In this document: piece by piece, positions 1 through 10,659 of the stretch | Layout of the letters: every line of letters starts with the position of its first letter | Position numbering within the stretch: position 1 is the stretch's first letter | NCBI GenBank assembly: GCA_973895155.1 | Contig: OZ316891.1 | Location: forward strand, 28,029,145-28,093,144 | DNA from: Marsupella aquatica | Lineage: Eukaryota; Plantae; Marchantiophyta | Reading direction: 5' to 3' | DNA length: 64,000 nucleotides | Made by a program: the position numbers and the translations under genes | Notes under the pieces: generated by a model | What the model was told of the DNA's origin: nothing | What the model saw: the letters and a program-made list of their open reading frames with translations, nothing else | Database searches by the model: none

Positions 1-40
1 CGGGTTAACCCAAGCTCGACCACGGCTTAGCTTATGTGAG

Positions 41-222
41 CACGGCTTCAGCTTAGCTCAGGTCAGCACGGCTTCAGCTTAGCTTAGGTAAGCACGGCTT
101 CAGCTTATCTCACGTAAGAACGGCTTCAGCTTAGCTCAGGTCAGCATGGCTTCAGCTTAGCTCAGGTCAACACGGCTTCAGCTTAGCTCAGGTCAGCGCG
201 GCCTCAGGTTAGCATAGGTAAG
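41..222. repeat. 26-bp tandem repeat, about 7 copies (CACGGCTTCAGCTTAGCTCAGGTCAG)
   Basis: Units start at 41, 67, 93, 119, 145, 171 and 197, with degenerate copies on both sides and no unique spacers. Confidence 0.9.
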
Positions 223-2025
223 CTCGGATTCGGGCTCAGCTTAGGCTAGGTTAGCGGATAGCGGGTAGCGGCCTAACCCGAGACCACGGGTTAGCTCTAC
301 TCGGGTTAGATAGGATAGCTAGGTTAGCCAAACTCGGGTTAGCTATGTAACTCGGGTTAGCGCAGCAGTGAGTACCCCCTCTCGGTTGCGGGGGCATAGC
401 TCTCTATGTATTTGACCAAATTGGCTATAATTGACCTCGTTGGAAAGAGGAGCTCAAGCCGCTTCCAACGATGCTATCCACGCAGAAAATGGTTAAATAG
501 AGAAATCGGGAGAGGAGGCGCAAGCTTGCGAAAACCATGGAGGAGGGCCGAATCCGAAGTACATAGCCAATTCGAGATAGAAATAAAGTTGCGAGTTAGG
601 GTTCAGTAGTTAGAGATAGTGGCGGCTCTGTTAGGGCTGGGATGGGGCTCTAGCAGCGTAGTATCCACCCATTTGGGCTCAGTATGAGAGAGTATATAGA
701 GCATCCCTCCGGTAGAGGCAAGGGGGGGACTTCAGTTGTGTGATCTCACTTAGACTGAGTAGCGGGGAGGAGCTCTGTGCAAGCAAGGCTGGACTTGGAC
801 GCTGCGTGTTGGGGAGAGCTTGGTTGTGCTATTACTCAGGGAGTAATCAGCCAAGCTTCACAGCAACGGGTTGCTAGGTTTGCGAGCTGGATTGTGGCTC
901 TTTCTAGTGGGCAGCACAACTGAGTTCTTTTCCCCCGATACAGAGCCTTGGTGATAGGTGATGTATTGGTGATTGTAAACTGTGGGGAGGATTTCAATTC
1001 GATTTGCGGTGGGCACATTAGGGAGGCTGAGGTACTGATTAAGGGGCAGCAGGAGGAGCATTTACAGTTCAGTCTGGCAAGGCTACGTGATCCATGGGGA
1101 GTCCCGGCCTTTGTCTGGTGGAGAGCACTAAGGGATCTATGGCCAGAGCTGAGCTTGCAGGGCAAGCGTGAGGCCGGGCCTCATTGCAGTCTGGGATAGA
1201 TCGCCGTTAGGCCTGGTACCAACTTTGAAGTCAAGTCAACTATGCATGCGTAACTTAACGTTCTGAATTGGAGGTGTGAGATCTGTATGTGCCCCCAAGA
1301 ATGAAGTGCAGTGAAGGAGGTTGAGTTCAGGATTGAGCTTGCATGGCAAGCACGGGGCTTGCAGGGCAAGCACGTCACAATCTGGAGGAGACAGCCTTCG
1401 GCCCTAGTGTTCGGATCAAGTGTTCTCAGTGAACTATTGTGCACATCTTTGAATCTAATTGAGTTTTCCTCTCAGGCCTCATTTCTCTCATGGATGTGTG
1501 TGTGTGTGAGGCAATCTGAGTGTATGATGGAACTAGCAGCGCCACTGAGAGGTGTACCGGGTGCATTGAAGCGGGCTGGGTGAGGACTGTCATAGCTCTG
1601 ATTGTTGAGAGTGGAATGGCAGAGTGGTGGGGCAATGGCTTAGAAGTCCCTAAGCCGGGAATCAGTCAGGAGTCACTGGTTTATGGGTACATTCCGGCGG
1701 CGGAATAGAAACATACCTATGACAGTAAGCATATGTATAGACCTATGCGCACCGTAGCGCTAGGCCCTGTGTGTACGGGCCCGATATGAAGACCCCTTCT
1801 CACCAGAACTATCATGAGCGCAGATCTGATCCCCAACCTTGGTTCCTTGGGATTGAGCTTGGGTGATGTGTGATGGAGTCTTGCTATGATAGTCTGGTGT
1901 TAAGGGCATAAACTGGTGTTTACCGGCATTCACAACATCCCTTGGTGATCCTCAGGTACAAGGAGATGGTTTTGGCACCCATAGTGACGTTTTTGGTGTT
2001 AAGACCCATGTCAATCGCGTGACAC

Positions 2026-4191
2026 ATGCAGAACCTGCTGAAATTGCTGGAGAAGGAAAGGAGACCGGTTCCGGCAATGGCAACGGCACCAATGCAGGAC
2101 ACTGCTCCAGAGGTGGGCCTAAGCCAGCTTACAAGGGATACCCCCTTTACTGGGGTCAAGGAGAGAAGGAGGCCGGAACACGAGCCGGGAGTCCGGATGT
2201 ATGTAGGAGCCTCAAGTCCCGAAGCCGAGGAAAAGCAGGCCGTAGCTCCCGGCCACGACAAGGAGAACAAGATATCAACACGGAAGCCGGAGGAGGAACC
2301 AAGACCGGTGAGAGGTGAAGCCGTGTTTACGACAAAACCAGGAGAACAGCGGGAGAAGCCGGTAGTCCAAGCCAAGGAGGAGGCGGTAGAGGACTACAGC
2401 AATGATGACTCCGGCTACGGGTCGGATCATCATGTTCCAGGAGTAAGGACCTGTGGCCGGTTCACCCCACGCTCCCAAGAGTAGTTCGAGGAGACCCAAG
2501 CCAGCAGAGCAGCCCCGAGTCTCCCCCACCAGATGACGCTCCCCCGAGCTTTGACGGCATAAAACAAACGGCGCAGGAATTTCAGGAGCAAATCAGGGAG
2601 GAAGAGGAGGCAGCCCTGGCTAGGGAAAAGGATTTACCAGGAGGAGAATGGCCAGAGGACATCAAGCGGCTTGCAGAAAAATGAAGCAACCCTCTTGCCA
2701 CCGTAGAAGAAATCCGCAAGACGGCTTGGGAACAGAGGCCGCGGTGGTTGATGCCGATGACTTCTAGTTACTCCACCTATGCTAAGGATAGAGCCATGGA
2801 GTACGGGGAAATGTGTGGAGAGCTGGCGCTTAGCATCTTTGGGGAGGAGTTGGAGCAAGGACCCTTTTTTCAGAGGGAGATGTTGAAGAAGCGCCAATTA
2901 GAAGAAGTGGTGGCTTTGGAAAGAAGCAAGAAGGACGAGGTCATCCGTCGGCTTAGGGCAAGGGAAGCCAAAATCAAAGACCTGAGGGCGGCCAAGAAAG
3001 CCCAAGATGAGCTGCGGATTAAGCGGCATGAGGCTAACTATCATGCAAGGCCAATTGGATACCGCACAGTCTGATAATCGGATTATCGAGAATAAACTGA
3101 CTCGAACCCAAGAAGAGTTGGCCGATGCGACCAAGGAGCGGGAGAAGTGGAAGCGAGAGCTGAGGGATGCAGAGGAGGCTCACATAACAGCCAACAACCG
3201 GGCCATGGCGGAGACCCAGAGAAGGGAAAGGGCATTGAAGGGGGAGCTCGAGGTTATCCGCGGAGCCCTTGAGAAGAAGGAGGCCGAGTTAGGGAAATCC
3301 TATCAAGGGATTATTGCGCTGCAGCAGGAGCTTGCGTCCCTGACGGCCAGCTTCAAAGCCAACCTGCGTGAGAAGGACAATATGCTCAATCAGACTTACG
3401 CCAAGATGAACCAGATGGAGTCTGTCATCATTGCAGAGCTCGACAAAGAGTTAAGAGCGACCCGGGAGGAGAGAGTTGTGTTTAAAAAGGAATTGGAGGA
3501 AGCCCAGAAGGAGCTGGAGGAGGCGCGCAAGGACCTGGACGAAGTGCAGGAAGAGTTGGAGGAAAGCACGCGGAAGCTAGAGAACTTACAACGACGAGCC
3601 GACAACCAAACGGAGCGGCTGAAGAAACAAGCCACAGTATTTAAGTGCTTGGCTTCATCAGGGCCCACTCAAATTGAGGCCACTAAGTTACCAGGAGTGG
3701 TACTGGCCGAAGGACAAGCCGCGCCATTTGCACCAGTGCCGGAAGCAAGTGGGAAGGGGAAGGGGCCAACTGCCGAACCAGAAAAGAAGAAGAAGCGGAA
3801 ACCTTCAGGGTCAGGGAGTAATACGGCTCCACAGGCCATGGTGACCAAGGAGGTAAACCCAGCACCGACCTCAGGGAGGGTTACAGCAAAGGATCCAACT
3901 ACCCTAGAAGAAGGGGATGACAAAGCCAAGGCCAGGATACTCGGTAATGAAGCCGAGGCTGAGGCCGTAGCCGAGGCTGAGGCCGTAGCCGAGGCTGAGG
4001 CCGTAGCCGAGGCTGAGGCCGTAGCCGAGGCTGATGTTGAAGCCGATGCCGATGCCGGGGGTGGACCCAGTCAGGCCGATGGAGAGTTGACTCAGTCAAG
4101 GGCAGGTAATTTGTCAGAGAACGAACCTACGGCAGTGGCTGAGGATGAAGCATTGGAGGCGTCCACTGAGGAACAGACACCGCTGCCATGA
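2026..4191 (+). pseudogene. Broken coiled-coil/low-complexity ORF, probably an accessory ORF of an unclassified repeat element
   Basis: Same-strand fragments 2026-2484, 2748-3074 and 3007-4191 share an E/K/R/A-rich composition. The last has a long heptad region and an NLS-like KKKKRK. No catalytic motif was recognised. Confidence 0.4.
3952..4032 (+). repeat. 18-bp coding tandem repeat (GCCGAGGCTGAGGCCGTA, AEAEAV x4)
   Basis: Visible directly in the DNA and in ORF 3007-4191. Confidence 0.9.
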
Positions 4192-5235
4192 CGGTGGTGG
4201 AGGGCCGCTCCTTTCAAGGAGGGCAGACGTGGAGGGAGAAGGCGTGAGTGGGCAGGACGGGCTCAGATCTCTAAGTTTAGGATTAGGATCAGGACCAGGA
4301 GGCGGCCCTGACACTTAGCTTAGTGGGATTGCGGTTCCACTGGTAAGAGCAACACTTGTACTCCTGCCTCGCTGTACATAGGTAGATTTAGTTCGGTAGA
4401 TTCAGTTAGGTAGATTAAGCTTACGCTGCAAAGAATTAGGCGGATCCACTACCAGGATAAGTACCTGGGCAGCAGGGAGCTCAGGGCCTCTTCTTTAGCA
4501 AGTTTTTAGTTGCACCAGCCGGGCTGGGATCAAGTAGTAAGAGAAGCTCTCGGTTAGTCATACAGTGACCCTTGTGTATATTCATGTTTCCTCATGCCTA
4601 AGAGCTGAATAGAGTTGGCCTCACGGCTTAGTTCGCAGAGCTTGTGTATGAGATGTACTGTTTGTATGGCAAGTGCATGGTATGACTCAGTCAGAAGGAG
4701 TCATTTTGCTATTTGTGTGTCGCATTAACTTGTGTGAAGAGTGCCCACATCAACTAATAATAGAAGGAAAGTAAGCAAGGGAGTGAGAGTTGGATGTGTC
4801 GAGCTGAGAGAGGTCTTAGCGGCTTAACCAAGCCTATTGGGGATCATTCCGGCGGCGGAATCCAAATATACCTAACAAGAAGGAGGGGAAGACAAGGGAA
4901 GGCCTAGATTAGGCCGGCTACGTATCTCATGACCCGATGAAGGATCTGTCCAGTATATGTGTGTAAAATATTAATAGTAGTAGTAGAAGGAGGTTAGCAG
5001 CGTCCCATGCCACTAAGCCGCAAAAATGGCCTTGCCAAGCGCGAAACCTGCAGGAATCGGCTTGTGAATGGGGGGTTTTGGGGTTTAGGGAGCCATGGGA
5101 CGCACCACACTGCACATATCTTTATAGTTTGTAGACACATTTTTGCCTGTTATGTTTGCACCCGTATGATTTTGTCAACTACTGTAATTATTCGGTGATT
5201 GTATTTTCAGGGGGATTCTCACGGCCAAGCTCTCA

Positions 5236-7000
5236 TGTATTTGAGCGCCATGGAGGCCACTTCCATCATTGATATAGGCGATGATGAGCCTGAGGACGGA
5301 TCGTCTAAGATACCTTTGGTGACACCAAAAGTAGAGGGTGGGGAGTCGGGGAAGAAACGAAAGGTTGAACAGGAATCAGCTAGGAAGGTGAACTATAGCC
5401 AAACGTTGTCGAGTCCAGATACAATGCCTTTTTCCCTTGAGTGTGGCGTTCATGTCAATTATAAGCGTTTGGTGTTGGTGAAGACACCTCTTGGATTCTT
5501 GAGTCAAGCACTTGGCGGAAACTCACCTACTGTGACTATTCCCGCTCATTCCTCCCAAAGGAAACTTTCTGTGGATGATTGACTTTCAAGTTATGATCCA
5601 GGAAAAATCATTGCCCTCTCCAATGTAAATTGTGCATCTACAGTTTGTAGTGAGGAGAGCTATGGTGACAATTGTTAGAAGATGCATTCAAGAAAGGTTT
5701 GCTTTAACTCAGTTTTTGTTTTGTGCAGCAAACTCGTGCACAACGGGGCCGAAAGTCCCAGTATTGAGCTTTGTGTAAGTTCCTTTTTGGATTCTCTCCA
5801 TAGCTTATGTTCATTGCTCTGTATGATTTGCACTACTTGTAGGTCGTGGAGTCAGTAACTCCAAGTCCTTGTGTCAAGACTCTTCAGGACTCTTTGAGTT
5901 GGGGGTCACGGTCCTCATGTCAGGAATTGTGGTCCTTGTGTGAGGACTCCGGGTCCTTGATTCAGGACTCGGGGTCCTTGAGTCAGGACTCGGGTCCTTG
6001 AGTCAGGAATTGTGGTCCTTGTGTGAGGACTCCGGGTCATAGAGTCGGGACTCCGGTCCTCGCGGTTCTTTAGTCAGGACTCCTGGTCCTGACTCAAGGA
6101 CTCCGGTCCTTTAGTCAGGACTACGGATAACTGATGATCAGTATTGTCTTCTAGTCAAGACTGGGGGTCCTTTAGTCAGGACTTGAGGTGCTTGAGTCAG
6201 GGTGCCGGATTGAGATCCTCTTTAGTTTGCAAGAGAGACCATCTGGTGACCAATAGTTGATATGTAACCCTTCATATATTATCTTTGTGCAGATCATGGA
6301 CAATCTTGAGGACAAGTTCACCACCCTGGTGGATATCAAAATTGACCACATGTGGGGAGTTTGTGCTGGGTCATTTGTTTATGAAGGCTGCAATGTTTTG
6401 TTGAGTGATGGTAAGCCATGCACTTTGAGCAAGAATGCCCGCAGGCTGAGAAAATTGAACCCTCAGTCTCCCGTGGGTCCTCGTTCTCAAGGACGATTCG
6501 AACATGTCTGCTGTAGTGTTGGAACTGGCAGTTTTATGTATTGCTTTGCTGTGCAAGTCGGGGATTACGTTATTTTGGTGAATGAAGATTGCGGGTTGCA
6601 GCTACTGGGGATGTCAGGAGAAGCCTTTAAGAAGCTATGGGAGAGTAGCCCAGAGAAGGTGCAAGAAGTCTGTGGGCAGGTGCAGAGTGAATTGTGGACC
6701 ATCACGTGTGTGGCAAAGTTAGGCCGTAGTGATGACCTTCGAGTAGTGAGTATTGTTAAGGCTCGTGGGCATCTGCAGGTAGATGAAGCTACTCGCGCTA
6801 TAATAAATCATTCGGACATAGATGAATTTAAGCCCAATGTTAGTAAGACTAAGATCGGTACCTCACCCAATTTTGGTGATTGTCTTGATACCACCAAAGA
6901 TGGTGGAGCAACATCATTTTAGAGACTTCAGCGTGCTATTTTGGACTTTTCTGGAGACCTCGTCATGTCTTTGAAGTCTTTTCGTATTTCGGAGGAGTAA
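5236..7000 (+). pseudogene. RPA70 C-terminal (DBD-C) OB-fold/zinc-ribbon-like gene, multi-exon
   Basis: ORF 6257-6922 reads FVYEGC..C..HVCC..YCFAVQVGD..NEDCGLQLLGMSGEAF, resembling RPA1-C YxAC..C..Y..isD...ae.llG.sa.el. Acceptors are present at about 5210, 5729, 5842 and 6291. An in-frame TAG at 6920 is followed by open frame to TAA at 7000. Confidence 0.55.
5875..6200. repeat. About 21-bp degenerate tandem array of AGGAC-N4/5-GTCCT mini-palindromes
   Basis: For example TCAGGACTCGGGGTCCTTGAG, with units at about 5920, 5941, 5962, 5983, 6003, 6024 and 6045 onward. Confidence 0.85.
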
Positions 7001-7844
7001 TTAGAGTGCTATAGTATGTAGCAGACTGTTGTATTCTAGTGATGGTATGAAATCCACACTGAACTGGATGTTGTTTCAAGCTCAAACTCTATACAGTAAA
7101 GTACTTGATCAATACAGTGTTGTTGTCTCAACACAAGCTTCTGTATATGTGTTGAGTCCTCAATTCTTGTCTATGGATGCGCCTCTGATCAATATGTTAC
7201 TTCAGTTGTACCTTTCTAACACTTAAGTCTTTGGGCATGAAGACCTCAACTATTCAAGAGAAGCTTGGAAGTTCCTTCAATAGGTGGTCTAGATGATATA
7301 TTTTAGTTGAGGTATATCTTGATTGACATGTGAGTAAACCTGTGTTCTTTGCACTAAATCCTCGAGGAGACAAATGGGCACCAGAGGTTTTGTAACTTGG
7401 AAGGCAGCTATACGGTGGGAAGAAGTTGGCTGGAAGTGACAAGTGTGGATTGGTATATACTTGCAAAAATCTTGAATGTACAAAAATAGCGCCCTGCAAT
7501 TAGGTGTGTAATCCAAGGGATTATTTTGAGTTGATACTTTTGTAGAGTACACCTGACAACAGAAAGTTTGAGACCACAAATGGATGTCCCGTACTATTGT
7601 CATCAAGTGTGACATAAACAGAGACTTAATAACCGTTTCTATCTGAACAATTGCTTTGTGCATGATTCAGATATGCTTACAGAAAGGTACAACCACACGC
7701 AAGGAAATCAAGGCACATCATGTCCACAAGGCCCTTGAAGAAATGAGAAGGAAAACTTCCTTAAGTGATGAAATGCAGATCCATTAACATGAAATATTAC
7801 AAACATGATTATCTTGTGAGCCGAGTGCCAAAAGTGGCACTAGG

Positions 7845-7919
7845 TACCATCTAGAGTATGTCACTCAGTCTCTACCATCTAGAGTATGTCACTCAGTCTC
7901 TACCATCTAGAGTATGTCA
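7845..7919. repeat. 28-bp tandem repeat x2.7 (TACCATCTAGAGTATGTCACTCAGTCTC)
   Basis: Direct inspection. Confidence 0.9.
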
Positions 7920-8187
7920 TCCAGAGTGTCCCTTAGTCTACATGATGTACGTAGTCCTGCCCGAAGTATCTTGAAGGTTTAGTCTGTGTTCAAAACGCAA
8001 AACACCAGTACAAATTGTATAAGTACTTGATTGCAAATTTACAAAGGCCCAACCACCTAAAAAAATAGAACGCATTCATACAAGCAGCTCAAAGAATTCT
8101 CATATAAGCATTGTCGCTAGTTATCTGGCCACATATATCTCCCAGACCCTTAATACATTGGGAGAGTCCTTTGTGAAGTCCATGTAA

Positions 8188-8530
8188 AAGGATATAGGAC
8201 ATGTATGGTCCTTTCTGCAGTTAAGGACTGTGTCATTAACTAAGGAACTAGTCCTTTACCATGACTTGCACCAAGGACATAGTCCTTTACCATGACTTGC
8301 ACCAAGGACATAGTCCTTGAATATGTCTTGCACCAAGGACATAGTCCTTGAATATGTCCTTAGTCAAGGATCTAGTCCTTGAATGTGTCCTTCACGAAGG
8401 ACATAGTCCTTCACAAATCCTTTTTAGTCCTTTTGAAAGGACATGGTCCTTTGCATGGTCCTTTCCAATATGACTCTGTCCTTGTCCAAGGACACAGTCC
8501 TAGTCCTTGTAAAATGACCGAGTCCTAGAC
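8188..8530. repeat. 31-bp tandem array built on the AAGGACATAGTCCTT palindrome
   Basis: AAGGA(C)-N3-GTCCT at 8242, 8273, 8304, 8335, 8366 and 8397 (31-bp period), plus 8437 and 8488. Confidence 0.9.
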
Positions 8531-9278
8531 ATGCAATCAAACCAAAAGGAGTCTCTATGTAGAGGAGTCCTTACTAACAGCAAGGACACCTTGGACATGT
8601 CTTTACATAAGAACATAATCCTTACACATGGACGCACTAAGGATGGGTTACGGGCAAAGCTCAATGACATTGTATTGCACTGCATGGTTAAGCTAGTGCA
8701 TGAAAGTGTTGATGTAGATTGCATGGAAAGTAGGAAGTTGGGCAATTCATAAATTTACCTCAATAGACGATTCTCTCATCATCGCAAAGAATCTGTAATT
8801 GCTGCAAGTGTGTCTTTGTCCAATTTGAACTTTCTGCTACCACCCTTCCGTCCTGAAGTATCACATGGGCTTAGCCCAAATCGAATGTGAATTACTGACT
8901 TTGCAAGACTAAAACTTGGTGGTGATTTGTCTAAATAGACATATGTGTGGCACGATCCTGGAACTGGTTGCATCCATCTGCCCTTCAATACCAGTTCACC
9001 CTGCTGAAGTTCCTGCTCGTATCCATCCACAAATGTCTTTGTGACATCATGTAGGACCTCCTTGCATTGCAAAATGTAAAAGTCTACATCCCAACGATTT
9101 GGGCGCTCTGCTTCCACTGCATAGAAATCACCCAACTGCACCAACTCTGCCAAAGACCCAGAGTCCCCTTCCAACAGTCCTTCATCAACTCCCATTTCTT
9201 CAAGGTCTGCTTTGACATCAATAGGGAGAATCCCTTTCACCATCTCAAGCTTATACAGTCCTACAAGATCTCGATTCT

Positions 9279-9413
9279 TGTTATACCCTAACTAGGATTA
9301 GATATCTTAACCCGAGTTAAGATCTAACCAAGATCTAACTCAACTACCTCATGTATATATATTGGACACATGAATAAGATTCATTACATTGTTGGAGTAT
9401 ATGGTTTGCAACA
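9279..9413 (+). repeat. 5' LTR of Bianca-like Copia
   Basis: TGTTATACC...TTGCAACA, 134/135 identical to 15628-15762. Confidence 0.97.
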
Positions 9414-9427
9414 CGTTATCAGCACGA
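9414..9427 (+). promoter_or_regulatory. Primer-binding site (Bianca-type, half tRNA-Ile)
   Basis: CGTTATCAGCACGA lies directly after the 5' LTR; the tRNA assignment is from recalled knowledge of the Bianca lineage. Confidence 0.7.
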
Positions 9428-10659
9428 ATGCAAATTTTTTTCACGAAGAGGTGCTAAACCATAAGGGGAGATCCGAAGAGTTTTTCCCAAGAGTTGAGCA
9501 CTTTTGGCCACATTTGAGGGCCATTTCTCGATAGAAACCTCGAGTAGAACAATATGGGCTCCCGGTTTGTCTATGGCTTGAGAACGATAGACCACCATCG
9601 AGAGATCTCGTGAGCCAGCGAGCAAAAGGCGAGAATTAAAAGGACACTGACATAATAGGAGAGGACCTGAGAGACAGAAGGAAAACAGAAACACGAAGGG
9701 CCAGCCGCAGCCTAATGCAAATGAATTGAAACGAAAGGAAACAAGAGAGAAAGACAAAATTGAAGCAGACAAGAAGGAATGTCGTAATCAAAGAAACAAA
9801 GTAAAGAAAGCAAAGGAGGACAGGCCAGCGCAGATTGAAACCTGATGTCACACAGACATTGACAGCAGAGCAGGAGAGACCGATCTGGGAGTAACCCCGA
9901 ACACGGGAAATTGAAAAACAGATAAGAGAAATTGAGAAATCAATAGAAGGGAGCGCGAACCCGAAGGTAAAGCAAAGATCAGGACCTGGAGAGGAACGCA
10001 GAATAGCCTCAGCCATAAACAAGAGCTGGAACTCATTGGAAGGGAAAAGAAGAAAATCGAGGCCCGGACCAGGATCCGATCGTAATTACTCAAAATCGAA
10101 ACACACGAATCCCCAGATTCAGAAACGCTATATTGAAGAAAACGAAAAGCAGCGATTCCCAATTCCCCCCACCGAAGAAGAAAGAATCTAACAATACCGG
10201 GACAAGACCTGAAGAAAAGTAGATACCAAAAGAAAGCTGCAGGGAAGCAAGGGGACTCATAAGGACAGGAGCACAATCTGCACTCAGGCCCGAGCAAAAC
10301 AAACAAGAAGGAAACACGGAATAGCAGCAAACGATTCACGAATTACCCAGAGACGATAAGACGGCGTAAGAACGATCGACCCCATTGAACCAGATTCGAA
10401 TGGAGACCCATAAGAACGAAACTAGGAAGAATCAGAAAGAGAACCGGGAGACCGAGAAGACGAATCAAAGGAGGAGCTCCTCCCCGTGAGCAAACGAAGA
10501 CGATCTGCCCGAGACCATAAGGACAAGTCTACCATCGAAGAAATACCACACAAAAACAGCTAAGTGCAAAACTCCATTCCCAGTGATTACAAACCACAAT
10601 AAGTGCACAATAGAAACTTATACCCACCCGACACCTCACGAGCCCATATTAGCCCCAAG

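Noticed and set aside
21-360. CRISPR-like array
   Set aside because: Head-to-tail tandem units with no unique spacers, no cas genes and a eukaryotic context.
4920-4950. Hammerhead ribozyme core near CCGATGA
   Set aside because: No CUGANGA...GAAA core with compatible helices.
7254-7663. Possible sixth cargo gene on the minus strand
   Set aside because: Short overlapping ORFs with no recognisable motif; cannot be supported.
9419-10339. Antisense ORFs in the Copia leader
   Set aside because: F/L/S-rich products expected from the purine-rich opposite strand; no domain features.
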